A DNA stretch of 46,800 bases, the filler included, from Catajapyx aquilonaris (Eukaryota): NCBI GenBank assembly GCA_000934665.2. It is 2 parts of 2 records of this genome, joined end to end, with 100 filler letters (N's around TTAATTAATTAA, not from the genome) between each part and the next. Parts side by side here need not be neighbours in the genome. Positions count along the whole stretch, not along the records: positions 1 to 23,356 come from JYFJ02005698.1; 1 more part is not named here. One strand, given 5' to 3'. Both the position numbers and the translations under genes were made by a program. Shown piece after piece: positions 1 to 13,356 of the stretch; within the stretch, counting starts at the first letter, position 1, and every line of letters begins with the position of its first letter. The notes under the pieces were generated by a model that saw nothing but the letters and a program-made list of their open reading frames with translations, ran no database searches and was not told the DNA's origin.

Positions 1-374
1 TATATACCAAATATTGCATGTGCATCAATCCAAACAACACACTATACGGATGCCAGATTCTAAGCTCTGCTATGTTGGAGCTTCTATACATACATTTTCT
101 TCTACATTTACTGCACAACCTTCAATTTTTCACTTTTGCTGGATTTTGAAGGCGTATTGTGTATTTTCTTACAATCCGACATCCGCAGTGCGTTGTTTTG
201 ACTTCATGCACATGCATGTACAGGCTCCATGTTACAGGTATGCCAACATGATATAGCCATAATTATTACAAAGGTAACTACCAAATCAATAATAAAGTAA
301 TATAAGTAATATAAGTCACTCCTATGGAAAAGTCTTTCATAACCCGAGCAACGCCGGGTATCCTGCTAGTTCTA

Positions 375-450
375 ACCCCTAAATGTGAGGGTTGGAAGAA
401 TGTAGACATGAATCCATTCCATTTCCAGAGTGCCTTGGATCTGCCACTAA
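375..450. repeat. 76-bp direct repeat, copy 1
   Basis: ACCCCTAAATGTGAG...GGATCTGCCACTAA matches 2788-2863 without gaps, 8 mismatches by eye. Confidence 0.9.
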
Positions 451-743
451 GGCTATACTGCAAGTAATTTGAAATCTCACATGCGAATTCACACGGGAGA
501 GACACCATTATGGTTACCGGAACTGTGCAATTTAGATGGATGGGGAAACCACCATCATTTATACACCTGAATAATCACCTGATCAATAACAGTCCATTGA
601 TAATAATCAATCTTCATTGACTTTTTCTCCCCGTGTTTAGCCTTCAAATGCCACGTAAAGAACACATGTTTATTTCGCTTTTTATTTTAATGAATGAATT
701 TTGTCGTCGAAACTACTATGCCTTTTCGAATATTCAAAACGCG

Positions 744-2270
744 TCAATAACTAGATAAGGTGCATCTGCCCGCCAGGGATGTGAATACCGTGTATCCGAT
801 CCTCATGTTGAAGAAGTATGTCTTCAGCTTCTCCTGCATCGAATTAACGAAACCGTTAGGTAAGTCCTTCAACCGCTCACCGGAAAAAACCGCGGACTCC
901 AGGTCTTCCCCAAAGTAGTCGAAGATCACTGATGTGACAGATGGGGTCAGGTGGTCGCTCCACAATTCTAATTCTTTCAGTTTGAGCATTGGGTTGAGCT
1001 GAAGCAGGTCGTGGACAGCGGAGTCATCCAGGCCCCAACCGCGCTGCAATATCTCCAGAACCTCCAGACCATAGGAGTGAGACAGCATGTAGGCCAGATG
1101 GTGTGGACTCCAAGTGTCCTCATCATCCATGATCCTAAGCCTCTCCAGATGCACGAAAGGGTTGCCTTTGTTTCTCGCGAGGCTGGTCAACTGACATTCA
1201 AACAGGTCAATACTGGTCAAATTGGGGAACAGGTTGTTGATCTGCGCCAGATCGATCTGTTCGCAGGAAAGCAGCTCCAACTTTTCCATGCCTTGCAATG
1301 GGCCGATGATTACTCCAAGGACCTTCTGCAGATCTGGAACATCAGTGAGATGGAGGCTCACAAGGCGAGAGAACACGGCGCTATCCACTACCGAGACTTG
1401 CTCCGGGGTGCATTCTCTCAAGGCCAGTTCCTTCAGGTGCACCATGCTGTTGATTGGCGACAGGTCGTCGCACCTGGTCAGCCTTACCCCCTGCAGTTTC
1501 GGGAAGTGGAGTGCCAGAGACTCCACGTCATTTCCAATCGCTGCATCATAATCATAGAGGACCTCCAGTCTCCGAAGGCTATACGGCCCATGGCAATCTT
1601 TGAGCAATGAACTCCCCATAATATCGCGCGGGATCGTCAAAGTGTCCAGCTGAGGGACGGTCAGCAGGATGGCCAGCACGTCTTCCACAGACTCACCGAT
1701 GTACTGGACACACACTCTCTTCAGGTTCTGGCAGCCCTCCAGTGTCACCTGCTGATTGGGGGACATCCCCCACTGGAACGACAGCACTTCCAAAGAAGGG
1801 CAGTCCTCCACCACCTTCTCAACGAGGTTCATGTCGTCCGTGACCTTCCCTTCCAGTAGGAGACACTTCAGCTTCTGGAGGCTGGGCAGGTGCTTGACCA
1901 CCGCCTTAGTCATGACGTGTCGTGCGCTGGGATGGGGGACGAATCCATGAGGCATCACCGTCAGGCAGATGAGTTTCTTCAGCCTGTCCAGGTTTCTGGC
2001 CACCTCCAGGTCCGTTTCGGTGAACCCGAGGGTGAGGTGGGTGCACGAGGGACACATGGCGTTGCGGATGTTGACTCCGGGCCACTCCTGACCATCCGAG
2101 ATGAGCCCCTTCATGTAGTCATTGGCCAGGGTGACGGGGATGGACCTCGAGAGAGCTTCGATGTTAATGTTGTGTCCATTCGGTTGTGTCTGGCACCATC
2201 TGATCACCAGCTGGACGAAGGACTTGAGGGCGAGTTGTTCCAGACCAGGAAATGTGCTTGGTCGTGGCAT
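744..2270 (-). CDS. Intronless leucine-rich-repeat (RNI/F-box-LRR-like) protein, 508 aa, with N-terminal BC-box-like motif
   Basis: Uninterrupted 1527-nt ORF. Many LxxLxL repeats (LQKLKCLLL, LEVLSF, LRRLEV, LKELAL, LVSLHL, LTSIDL, LERLRI, LKELEL). N-terminal FPGLEQLALKSF resembles Elongin-BC box motifs of PRAME/ZYG11-type LRR adaptors. Confidence 0.8.
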   Translation of the reverse strand: MPRPSTFPGLEQLALKSFVQLVIRWCQTQPNGHNINIEALSRSIPVTLANDYMKGLISDGQEWPGVNIRNAMCPSCTHLTLGFTETDLEVARNLDRLKKLICLTVMPHGFVPHPSARHVMTKAVVKHLPSLQKLKCLLLEGKVTDDMNLVEKVVEDCPSLEVLSFQWGMSPNQQVTLEGCQNLKRVCVQYIGESVEDVLAILLTVPQLDTLTIPRDIMGSSLLKDCHGPYSLRRLEVLYDYDAAIGNDVESLALHFPKLQGVRLTRCDDLSPINSMVHLKELALRECTPEQVSVVDSAVFSRLVSLHLTDVPDLQKVLGVIIGPLQGMEKLELLSCEQIDLAQINNLFPNLTSIDLFECQLTSLARNKGNPFVHLERLRIMDDEDTWSPHHLAYMLSHSYGLEVLEILQRGWGLDDSAVHDLLQLNPMLKLKELELWSDHLTPSVTSVIFDYFGEDLESAVFSGERLKDLPNGFVNSMQEKLKTYFFNMRIGYTVFTSLAGRCTLSSY

Positions 2271-2787
2271 GGCTCTATTTTAATATACGGAATGTATAGT
2301 GGAAGTTCTTGAAGTGCAAAGCTAAACTCCAAGCCTTCGCACATGAATGTATGGCCTGAGAAGTAGAATTTAAAGAACTCTCTTGACACAATGGCCACGA
2401 ATCACCTTTTTCCCAATATTCACTTTCGCATGAAATCGGTTTCAACAATGTCACTGATTGCACTTGGTGCAATGAGAGGGTAATTGTGGCCGATATACTG
2501 CGTATCAAGAGAATGTGTTGAGATCTAAATCAAAGTGGAGGACTATATACTTACAGTTTGATTTATACGAAATACCGACTCAGTTGCAGTACCAAGAACC
2601 AGTCCCTCATCATTCTTTTCTTCTGCAACAAATGGTTGTCTTTCGTCGTCTCTTGGCAACGCTTTGTAACCATTTACGTGCGTCGTGAGCAATGTTGTCT
2701 TGGAACCAATATAATTATGTAGGCCTACCATTTTTCATAGCCATTTGATTACAAGTCGGTTTAATTCGTTTTTATCTCACCATTCAT

Positions 2788-2863
2788 ACCCCTAAATGTG
2801 AGTGTTGGAAAAATGTAGGTATAAATCGATTCCATTTCCGGAGTGCCTTGGATCTGTCACTAA
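2788..2863. repeat. 76-bp direct repeat, copy 2
   Basis: Same orientation as 375-450; the pair brackets the LRR gene. Confidence 0.9.
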
Positions 2864-3264
2864 ATGCCAAGCCAAAAGGCAAGCATAATTTGTGTGCGAG
2901 ACATATAATGTCAGATTTTTCGCAATTTAATTTACAATATTATATCAGCGTTGCACGTGTCGTTCTCCATCAATACCGACATGATTGGTGGTCAGTATCA
3001 TAAATGTTGTGTATAGGCTACTCTGAAAAGGGACAACCCCAATTCGACCATAAAGAAGACCACAAGTGAGGGACACTTAACAATTTGTTTTTATTACAGT
3101 TTCCAATCCGCTGGTACATCAGTCAACACATTTGAAGGAATACAACTGTGGGCCGTACCTTGTGTGGTACCAGTGCCCTGACCAAAGCATTCTGTGCCCC
3201 GATAGTATGGTACCGTTGTTGATGGCTGGGTGAGGGGATGATTTTGGTGAGATCTTTAGTTGGC

Positions 3265-3663
3265 TTAGTAAATGTCCGGGAGGGTTCCGGTGAGCCTGCG
3301 TGCCAGTGCCTTGGTGTGGATGTGGTACTGGTAGGTGCTCTCCCTCATCCTGTTGAGCAGCAGGTAGTCCCTGGTGTGAGGGTAGACGTCGTGGTCCCTC
3401 TTTGCCCTGTCCAGGTAGGACTTGAGTGCCCTCTCGGCCCAGGTCTGGGGCTTGGGCAGCTCAGGGCGGTACCCGTTGGCCCTGCGGTCCATGTAGTCAA
3501 TCATGGGCCGGTAGTAGTAGGAGCCATAGTCATAGTTGTACTCGTACAGCGTGCTGCGGGGGCGGTTCCAGTAGATGTGGGGGCGGTACCTCTTCTCGGG
3601 GATGCTGGACGCCGTGTAGCTGGCGCCCTCAGACGCTGGGGCCGCTGGTGCCTCGTCCGCCAT
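3265..3663 (-). CDS. Flightin-like WYR-domain thick-filament protein (paralog A), about 132 aa
   Basis: ATG at 3663 (MADEAPAAPA..) follows a pyrimidine-rich splice acceptor (exon start 3693). HIYWNRPRSTLYEYNYDYGSYYYRPMIDYMDRRANGYRPELPKPQTWAERALKSY matches the flightin WYR pattern (W-x-R-P..Y-x-Y-x-Y..YY..IDY..P.PQTWAER.L). Minus-strand AATAAA at 3090-3095. Confidence 0.85.
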   Translation of the reverse strand: MADEAPAAPASEGASYTASSIPEKRYRPHIYWNRPRSTLYEYNYDYGSYYYRPMIDYMDRRANGYRPELPKPQTWAERALKSYLDRAKRDHDVYPHTRDYLLLNRMRESTYQYHIHTKALARRLTGTLPDIY

Positions 3664-3816
3664 CGGTATACTTTTGGTTGGTGGTTTAGATGCCTGAGGA
3701 GGAAGAGTGTGCATACAGAAATTGGTCTTAGTGGCAATGCTGAAACACGTGCGTAAAAGAAGCAGCTTAGCCAAGATATGCCCGGATTAACCCGGCACTT
3801 TCCAACTCTCGCCCGC

Positions 3817-3962
3817 AAGGGGGTAATCACTTCGGTACTCCGGTGTACACCTGGGAGTGGTACTCCCTGGTACTCCTCAGGCACCTCACTCTTTATTACT
3901 CATTGGTACTGCTTGAATTTGGTACTCCAGTGTACACTTTTCAGTCGAGTGATTACCCCCTT
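3817..3962. mobile_element. Small MITE-like element with 15-bp terminal inverted repeats
   Basis: AAGGGGGTAATCACT (3817-3831) and AGTGATTACCCCCTT (3948-3962); interior has several GGTACT(C) motifs. No clear TSD. Confidence 0.5.
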
Positions 3963-6850
3963 ACTCGCCCGTTTGTAGTTCTGGCACTTTGCCCTTCTCC
4001 TTCGAAGCAACTATTCCCCGTGAATATAGTTAGTGACAGCGACACTGTAACCAGCGTCGTCGGCGTCTCTTTGACCCTGTCCTACCGCACAGCAAAATAG
4101 TGCGTAGGCGATGTTATGCCAACCACCAAGTTGCCCCCAAGATCAAAAAGGAGGTGATCTGGCCACGAATCAAGAAGACCCCCACCTCTAAATCACCTGA
4201 ATCCCTTGGCAAGAAGCTGTGGGGGCAAGCAAAGCGATTTTGTACTTGTCAACATTGCTTGGCCCCAGTCTTGCCTTCTACGTGGGATGATTGAAATCTT
4301 CAGGCTATATGTGCTGAGACCGAAAAAGAGTTGTAACTGGATATCGGGAGTCGCCTGCATGGCTGCCAACGCCGTCTAATTGCTTCCGTAAGTGCAATGG
4401 AAGTACACGTGTTCAAGTGTTTGCCAGGATTTGTGCTATAGCCCGCATTTGGTTGCTGATCGCTGCCAAGAAAACAGTTTTCATGATGGGGACCTATCAT
4501 CGCAAGGTTGAGGTGCCAACAGTCCAAGCTCACTGATATAATGCGCCCAAGTACACGACAACCAATTAAATAAAATGCAATGACAGCTGAGAGCCATCCA
4601 ATATATTGGCAATCACACAGTTCGTCACAGTTTGTTACAGGAGTGGATGTAACAGTGAGGATGCAGTAATATTGAGTGGAATGCTACATAGTTGGCATCG
4701 AATGAAAGTATGCGGAAAACGCTGTTGTTGCTAAAATGTACGAGGGACAAATATTGAAGGTCAAATTCTAAACATTGTCATCGTCCTCAGGTGGCTTCTA
4801 TTGGAAACCAAATATCGTTATGACTTGAATGTTTTTCAAGAAAAAACCCTTGCAAATATAACAATAATTGATTCTCTGACACATTACTTTTATTAATTTT
4901 GAATATTGAAAGTCTGTCACGATCTATAAGTTATTCTGCTATTTGAATTGATTCGCGAAATATTTCAGCAAAATTTCTTTGACGTGTCCCCGATCTGCCA
5001 AATAGTCTGGCTCGGGTTGATAAACGAGCTAATAAACCTGCCCATTTTGGCACGTCTGTCAAGCGACTGCATGTCCTCTATTTGTCATAACTGGAAACCT
5101 CATCAAATAATATTATACACACATAAAATAATCAGAATTTTAACAATCAAGTCATTGCTATGCAGACATCGCGAAAATATCTGACATGTCTTCAGGATAA
5201 TATTTTTCAATCAGCATTATCAGCCAAGTATGTGCAGTATATCATGACACACGATTCATTTTAATGCTTTTGCACGTATTGCAAAACTGATTACTTTTCA
5301 CAATTTTGCGATTTTTTTTTCAAAATGTAGGATATTTTTTGGCAATTGAATTATTAAATCTCCTGAATGTCACGTCTCGTGTGCTGCATAGGCTATGACC
5401 CATCCTCTTTTTATGGCCATCAGTAAAATAGTTGGCAGCATTGTCTTTTTAAAAACGTCCACCCTGGAGCATGTAACATAACCCAAGTAACTCCGTCTAC
5501 ACTGTTTTCTTAGAGCCAGAATCTGGCACCGTTCCCACCAAAAAAAGAAGAAGAAATATAAAGTAGAGCACCGTATCCTCCTTGGACCATAAATCCTACA
5601 AGAGGACACTTCCTCATCTCATATCATAAAATTAGGCAAAGAGTTTAGACACTATGTACCACATGCTCTAAGTTAAGTCAGTTGCAGAGTACAAGAATTG
5701 GGCAACAATTGTCCGCAATTGCGAATTGTTGACCGCAGAAACCACTTCAATGAGAAGAAACGAGTATAATTTAAAGAGAGAAGCAACCATTTCAATGAGA
5801 AACAATCCGTATTGTCTTTCAAAGTGGTTGCTGGAATGAACAATCCCTCTTTCTGTAACTACTTTTGGGCTATAATGTACTATGAATGTATATAGTAAGT
5901 ACCTAGTGTAATGTGCCTCCTCGGAAGTGGTCCCAACGGCTCGGCGTCCAGTCGGAAACTGAAGCTTTAGCACAGGGTGGGAATGGATGTTAGGCTGTGA
6001 TTTTGAGAGGCTGCCATATACTTTCATCTCCTTTGTGTCTAGCCCGCTTCTTTCCTTTGCGCATGCGTCGCACTTTTTTCGCCACGAGAGATAAGACGAT
6101 TCTCGCCATTCAATTTAGGCACGCTCGGTAAAAGGTATTTAATGATGGGCCATTTGGCCGACATGCTCGAGATGCTGCCCAGTATATAATTAGCCCTGGT
6201 TTTTATTGCGCAGAGGGCAGATCTACGATTGCAACTAGTTATAAAATTCGACAATGCAGCTTGTAGTAACATCATTTTTATCCCAAGTGTGCTTTAAAGT
6301 ACGTATATAATTTCTTAGCTGCGTAATAAGAAGTGAAAGAAATTGAGGGGAATAACTATTATAATTATTTTTAATTCCAACAGGAGACACAGCGCAATAT
6401 CGTTATGCAATAATCGATTTGCACTCGCGATTTTAGAGGTTCCCGGATGGCTTGATATGACAGATATGCATCACTTTGACGAACAGGCCGCCGACTGACG
6501 AGTGAAAATGACATGTAGCAAGTAGCATATACATACCTGGAGCTAGTGAGGGTCCAAACGTATGAGTTGGCAGGTGGGCGATGCGCATCAAAGCGTCTCC
6601 TGACATGTGTCCAAAGCGAAATCAGGCGAGGAGACTCCTTGGTATATACGACCTGAAAGCATTTTCGCGTGCTAAACTGCAAGACATGAGAACTGGACAC
6701 GTCACGCGTGTCTCCCACGTACCAAAAGTGCAAGCCAAGTGACGCCTGATTGAGCTGAGACTAACTGCATAATGGCAAGGCTAGGTGACAAGAGGATTTA
6801 ACATGCTGAATTAAAAGCCAAAATTTGAGTGTGACAAACTAGTGCACCCA

Positions 6851-6983
6851 ATCCTGCAAGTATTTATAAAAATTAGGAGATAATTATTATCTCCTAATTT
6901 TTATAAATACTTGCAGGATACTTACACAAGTTTACAATGGTTCAGATAATTATTATCTGAACCATTGTAAACTTGTGTAAGTA
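6851..6983. repeat. Two abutting perfect palindromes with identical central AGATAATTATTATCT
   Basis: 6851-6919 has 34-bp arms around base 6885; 6919-6983 has 32-bp arms around base 6951. Confidence 0.95.
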
Positions 6984-9900
6984 GATATACCGGTATTATC
7001 TAAAATCGCTCAGCTCTAAAATATTTCTAGCAATTTTTGGGCAAAATTTCAATGGAAACGACATTCAATTTTGTCCAAAAATGGCTGGAAATATTTTAGT
7101 TTTTTTTAATGAAATATTTCTAGCCAATTTTAGAGAAAATTGATCTGTCGTTTCAATGGAAGCGACATTTTGTCCAAAAATGGCTGGAAATAATTATTTT
7201 AGAGCTGGAAGACAGCTTGGCTCCAAGGTTGATTTCACTTTGAGCAAGGTTATGGGGTCAAAGATGTTACACGTGCTGAGCGCATTACACCGATCGAGAA
7301 AAAAAATGAAGAAAGGGGGCCAAGGAAAATTTTGGCGTACATTTCATTTCGATTGGCAAACTTCTGATCTTGGCATTCGCTTCGAGGGACGCATATTTTT
7401 TTAAAAGAAGGTTCATGGAGAGGGCAAGTTCTGTTTCGGTCCATTTATAACCAAATGCGTGCATAACACCGATGACAAATAATGTGCGAATAGTCTTGCA
7501 TAATCTGACCACAGCCTTTCTTTTTTTTCGTTTCTACTTTTTAAACCTCGCGTTTACACTTGATGAATTTCTGGCACAGGTGAGAGCCTCTATTTGTAGA
7601 CATTGCCCGCCTTGTGAGTCGAGGTGCCACATTTCATGCTAATATATTTATTTCCTTTTTTACTGGCTTCTTCAGCAGCAGACACCTCCCTTTGCATTGT
7701 TACACCTCAGCACGCGTTGTTTTCTGGATGAAGTCGAGTCGGTAATAATAGCTCTGTAAATTCCATCGAGACAGTAAGGGTCAGGGACAATAGCCAGTCC
7801 CCAGTAGTCTCTTATACCTGCTAGCTCACAGAGGGGGGGCCTAAGAATAGGCCTTTCCCTGGAATTGGACCTCTTTTTTCTCTCTTCCAACTCTAGCCGC
7901 CTGTGTTTTCTATTCTGGGAATCAAGCGACGATTGACATCTGATTTGGGTCTAGAGTTACGGGGTCTCCCAAAGAGGACCGAAAATTGCGTAACTTCTAG
8001 TATTATGTATATATATTTTAGCGAGGCGGGCAAGGCAGCTGTGTGTGACAGGAGATGGGAATCAGTACGACTAATTTAGGGATGAATGATAGTCCTCTGC
8101 GACGTGGTGGCCTCCGGTTTGACGTGGGTATGAAGCCCAATTTCTGCTGCGGCTGGCAATGGGATACGTCAGCAATGACGCTGACATAAGACGACCACAG
8201 GTGGTTTTTCAAGTGGAGTCATATTAGAAAAGCCATCTTTTGCAATGTTATTGGACTCTGGCCACCCCTAATTTCGCCTTAAAATTCAGCATTTTTACTA
8301 ACCTGATGCACCAAACATATATCAAAACGTCAATTACATTTTTTGTGTGTCGGTTAATAGCATTTCGTTAGTGGTAAAGTTATCACAAACTTGTTACCTG
8401 TGTATTACAACAAAATCTTTAACTTATAAAACTGAAACTGATAATGTAGATGTTTCCTTCATCATATTCTCTCATTGTACTTCACGAAGTATTACCCCAT
8501 AGATATTTGTTGTAGTTAAACATCTATACGAGAAATTGGCATTCAGAAAAATCAGTCGAAACTTACCATTGCTTGAAAAATTCTGTCGCATTCACGGTCG
8601 CGATTTTAAAGTGGAAGAAATTGCAAAATTCAGAATTTAAAATGCGGATTTTCCCAAAGCCTGAATGAGCTTCACTTTTTCGTCTGGTTTTATTACAAGT
8701 ATGAACAACTACTGTAATATTTGGTAGACGAAGGAAAATACTATTCTGAATGGAGAGATCCTTTCAATACTGATCATTGCCTAACTTAAATCATATGTAG
8801 TACTGCCTGACTGACATTACATTCAAGTCATTCTGACCTATGATGGCACTAGATAAAGTAAAGCCAACCAGTTATGATAGGTCTAATAATGGCTCACACA
8901 GTCACACTGAAAGGATGATTAATATATTAGATCTTATTAGACGACGTTAGTCAAAAATTCGCATGGGTTCGCCAATTTCATGATGAACAATTTCTTGACT
9001 GGTACTTTGTATTTTCTTGCAGTAGCGTTGGCACAACTTACGAAAGGATGTAACTCACAATCACAGTATAACAGCCTCAGTTACTAATAAGTCACAAGAG
9101 TTAATTAATTATATGAAAGAGTGGTTACTGGGTATCTATATTGAGTCATGCCCTACTGCCACAGGATTTGGGACAGGGCACAAAATGTGTCTTGTTCCCA
9201 GTGGACAATGGCTCCTCTGAGAGCGGAGTTGGCGAGATGGCGACCCAGTGAGAGCTAATGGGTTTTTGCAAGCAGAGGATGCATGGGGGTGAGTTATGGG
9301 CGTGTTTGCCACTTGGACGAGTTATGAGGGGCGACTCAGAAGGTGCATCACACCCAGTCCGGCGCATAACGAGACAATCCGCCAAAACCACTCCCATCCT
9401 GTCGCCCAGGTCAGGTCCGTCATATTTCTTTCGCAAAATTGCGCCAACAATTATTGCAGCACACAAGTCTTCTCTTCCTGACCAAAAAACAGGGGTTAGC
9501 AAACTCATTAAGGTTGGCCTTAATTAAACAAAAAAAGTGCTGGATAATAATAATAAACTATTATATGACCGGACATGTTACGTGCGCCTTACAAATGCAC
9601 CTGTCGCGATTGAAATTCGGACGACTCTAACGCACGTCATGAGAGATACGTTAATTGCAAACTACCAAAATTACGTAAACCTTTTGCGTCAACCCTCCCC
9701 AATGAGAGACGCAAATATTTGTCGTTGATTAATACTGCTCAAACTGGAATTAACCTGCAGGCAAGATCAAGATGTAATTATTTATATATATTTGATGCAA
9801 AATGGGGTGTATTTTCGTTGCGAAAATTAGTGCAAATATTTCAAGAAAATATTTTGGAGAAAACGTTTATTAAAATCTCGAAACGACGCGACGAGACGTT

Positions 9901-12577
9901 TATATGTACACAGTCTGCTGTGACGAATAAGTATTGTGTGGGCAATAAAGGTTTGGAGATTCTCCAAAACGATACACGGAACCTTTAATATTCGCCGTTA
10001 CAGCACCGGAGTATGTGCAAACATTGTTAACCGTAAAACAATCACGTCGAGCTAAGCTGCATTCTTTTTTACGAATTGGCACCGCACCTTTCATGCCATT
10101 GTCAACCTTACCAAGCAGAATTTTTCTCGTGTCACCTTTTTTACGTAATGAAATCATATTACGCCATTCCTGTCATCAGAGGCAGTATGAGCCAAAAGTA
10201 GCTCATTTTCTGGTATGTGCCATGACAGATGATGTATATTGGCACAAACTTATATATTAACGTTGAATTTTCAGACCGAAATTGAGTGTTCATTTTGAAA
10301 AAACAGATGTCATATTCCATCACTTGTGATTTTTAACGTGTATGGTAATTAGTTGATTCAAGTAGACATGGAACTACTTATAGCGGTCTAAAATTACTTA
10401 CGATAACTACCTGGTTGATATGTTACACTTTAAAACGTGTGAGTATCCCACAGTGGAAAATCTATACATAAAGAAGCTTTTCCCGATGAATTTTGCGAAA
10501 ACCTTGTGAGCGACTGTAGGCATGTCTTGAGAGTAATATGAGCATACTATTCTCGAAGACAAAATGAATTCCTGCATGTCTTGCAATTGACGAGTGAGCC
10601 CGGTGGCATTCCAGAGGAGCAGAGGTTAATTCCACCATACCACTCGTCCGAACAGCTGATCTGCCAAAAACCCTGATTTAAGTTTCGGAATATTGCCAAT
10701 GAGTCTGGCTCGCTGGAGGTGGGCTTAAGAAAATGCTCGAGACTTCGGCTTCGAGTCTGTTTGGCAAGGGAAAGCGAAACCGCAAGAGAGGGACAGAGTT
10801 GACACAATGGGTCTGTCGGAGGCGCCAAAAAATCCGCGAAGGTGCCCAAGGTCGAGCGATCATATTCGCAATATTTCCGCAAATTCTTTTGCACACACTC
10901 GGACCATCTGGACATTCCACTCCTACCTTTTTTAAATTGCAAGGAGATGATTTTTTGGGCAGGCCATATGTGTAATGGACCTCCCCTGTTTTTGGACCGT
11001 TTCCAGAGTCCCAGACCATCTAGAGGAGATGGAAATAGACATGGCGCCCTGTTCCCTTCCCCAGAAGCTTTTCACTGATCTTAATTAGCCTATTCGTTAC
11101 TGCCAACTCCCACCGTGCTGCTTCTACTGCTAGGTAAAAAGTCTTACATAATTATGAGCTGGTGTGTCCAAAACCGTAGGCCACGTACACGGCGGAGGAG
11201 GAGGAGTGGCACTTAAAGAGACTCATTTCACGTATATGGCCGCTCTGTGGGTGTGCAGATTACTATTGGCTGCAAAATTCGGAGACTTGCAAAAGCTCGG
11301 GGAGAAAATTCAGCCATTTCAGGCGATGTTTTAAGGCGTTCCGCAATATTAACTGTGCATTTGTTGTTAGTTTTGTGGGTAAGAGTCACAATTCAATATT
11401 CAACACAGCATTTGCCAAACTATGGCTCAGTCACTTCTTCTCCAAAAGAAGGCTGGAATGCAAGGGCAAGGCTCATCCCATTGATTTTGACCAGGCTTTT
11501 CGAAGGCTGTAGAAGTGTAGACGTAGAGTGTAGACTATACTGTATCGAGGTGTATATTCTGTCCTTCACCTTTTTGTGCTCGGATGTTACACACACAGTA
11601 ATTTCAGGATACTTCTCTATTATATTGTATCAAGAGATGAAAAGTTTATATTATGCAAGCACTCACTAACAAAATACTGTAAATAACTGACGTATATCGT
11701 ATGTGATTTGGAGGAAAGGAAGAAACAATTGACAGTGCATGATATATGAATAATATTGCAGAACCTTTCAGAAATTATGGCGTCGATCTGGCGCACCATT
11801 CATTCTGTGATAATGATCATGACGATGATGACTTTATAATATTTTTGCGCGGATGCTATAAGGGAGCAACACCTGTCCGACAGTTACAAGAGTAGGCAAG
11901 AGAGGGCAGCGCAGAACAACAAGAGGTAACTACTCGCGGAAAAAGGACGAACTACGTACATATAGTTACAAGCACGGTTACAAGAAGAGTGATAACACTA
12001 TGCACTTGCATAATAATTATATGGAACATCCAGTGGTGGCTGATGTAATCTTGTTTCTCATTCTATTTTGTGGTCGTATGTATAATGTGCTATCTTCCAA
12101 AATAAGATAATATTGCCAGTTGTTACACACTTCATTTAGTAGATATTTGCCTACTTGACACACTTTTCGTATCAGTTGTGGAAATAAATTATCTGATAAT
12201 TAATGAATGTTGTACTCTATTCTATATAATACGTTTCTGTTAACTTATAAAAAGACCAGAGTGTGTTCCATTAAAGTGATGTTCATAGTGACGAGCCTTT
12301 GTCAGAGAACACTTCCGTATTAATTTTGTTATTCATGAGCATGTCAGAGGCATTTGCCTTGTGACATTAGGCAGTGCTGCACTCACCTTGAGTTGGTTCT
12401 GCTCTTGGGTTCCATCACCTCCCTTCCGGGTGGGCATCATTCCAAAGGCTTTTGCACCATTTCACATGCACTGCATCGTGCACTTGAACTTTTACTCGCT
12501 CTTATTTCGCGGTACACTTACTCTTTCTGGAGTTGTGATGCAGAGAAAATTCTGTACCCTACAAGGTATGTCATAAC

Positions 12578-13356
12578 TAGAGTCCGGATATTCAGGCAAA
12601 TGCCTATTTAGTTTCTTGACAGTTGGGATGGTTTTGTGAAGAGATCTATCCGTTTCATAAGTTCATGATGTGGAAAATGTAGGATTTATAGTGCCTAAAA
12701 TGGCCTATTTCGTCATTTTGGGAATTATTTTGCCTATTCTGGCTTTTTGAGACTTTTCATGCCCTATTTGGCTATATTTGGGATAGTTTATTTTGAACTT
12801 TTTGAAGCAATTTCGGGACTTTTATGGGCCTATTCCGGACCCATTCCTTCAGAGGCATGTTTGTTTTTTGCGGAGAATTTTTCGTGCTCCTGAAAGGATC
12901 AAAAATCGTTCAGAAGTAGGCCTAATACTACAAATCATGTTTCTGTGAAGCGTCTGCCAAATGTTTTTTTCTAAATTTTCCTCTAATTGTTCCAAACAGA
13001 GGAAAATTTAGACTAATATTTGGCAACATTTTGTGCAAGTGGAAACTGGCTACGAACGGTAGCGTCCAGAGCAAGTGATACTTGTTTTCACTTGTTTTTT
13101 TTGCCCAAGTTTCGCGGTTTCCTGTCAGTTTATCGTTGTTATTCGGTTTTTGCTATGGTTTGTCACCTTATACTTATACTTTAGGCCTATAAAACGATTC
13201 AAGATTTTTTATTTTATGTGACATTATCCTCCATACTCTCGAAAAAGCAACAATTTTGTGCCTATTTGCGGTTTTATCGTGCCTATTTAAGTGCCCATTT
13301 CAGGGTTTTTTCCTACCTATTTCGGGGGTTTTTTGTGCCTAAAAATCCGGACTCTA
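12578..13356. mobile_element. Non-autonomous hAT-superfamily DNA transposon (MITE), 779 bp
   Basis: 21-bp TIRs TAGAGTCCGGATATTCAGGCA / TGCCTAAAAATCCGGACTCTA (2 mismatches). Perfect 8-bp TSD GTCATAAC (12570-12577, 13357-13364). Repeated subterminal GCCTAT motifs. No transposase ORF. Confidence 0.9.

Noticed and set aside
1011..2312. Plus-strand ORFs overlapping the LRR gene, and similar antisense ORFs over Efa6, BTB-ZF and WYR exons
   Set aside because: Shadow frames of GC-rich coding sequence with no recognisable motifs.
9146..9527. GC-richer patch with 60-120 aa ORFs on both strands
   Set aside because: No domain, no convincing splice sites; probably a decayed repeat.
10547..11078. Cluster of short ORFs, faintly like the C-terminus of a LINE ORF2 (RWSECVQKNL)
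   Set aside because: Similarity too weak to call; no RT or endonuclease motif seen.
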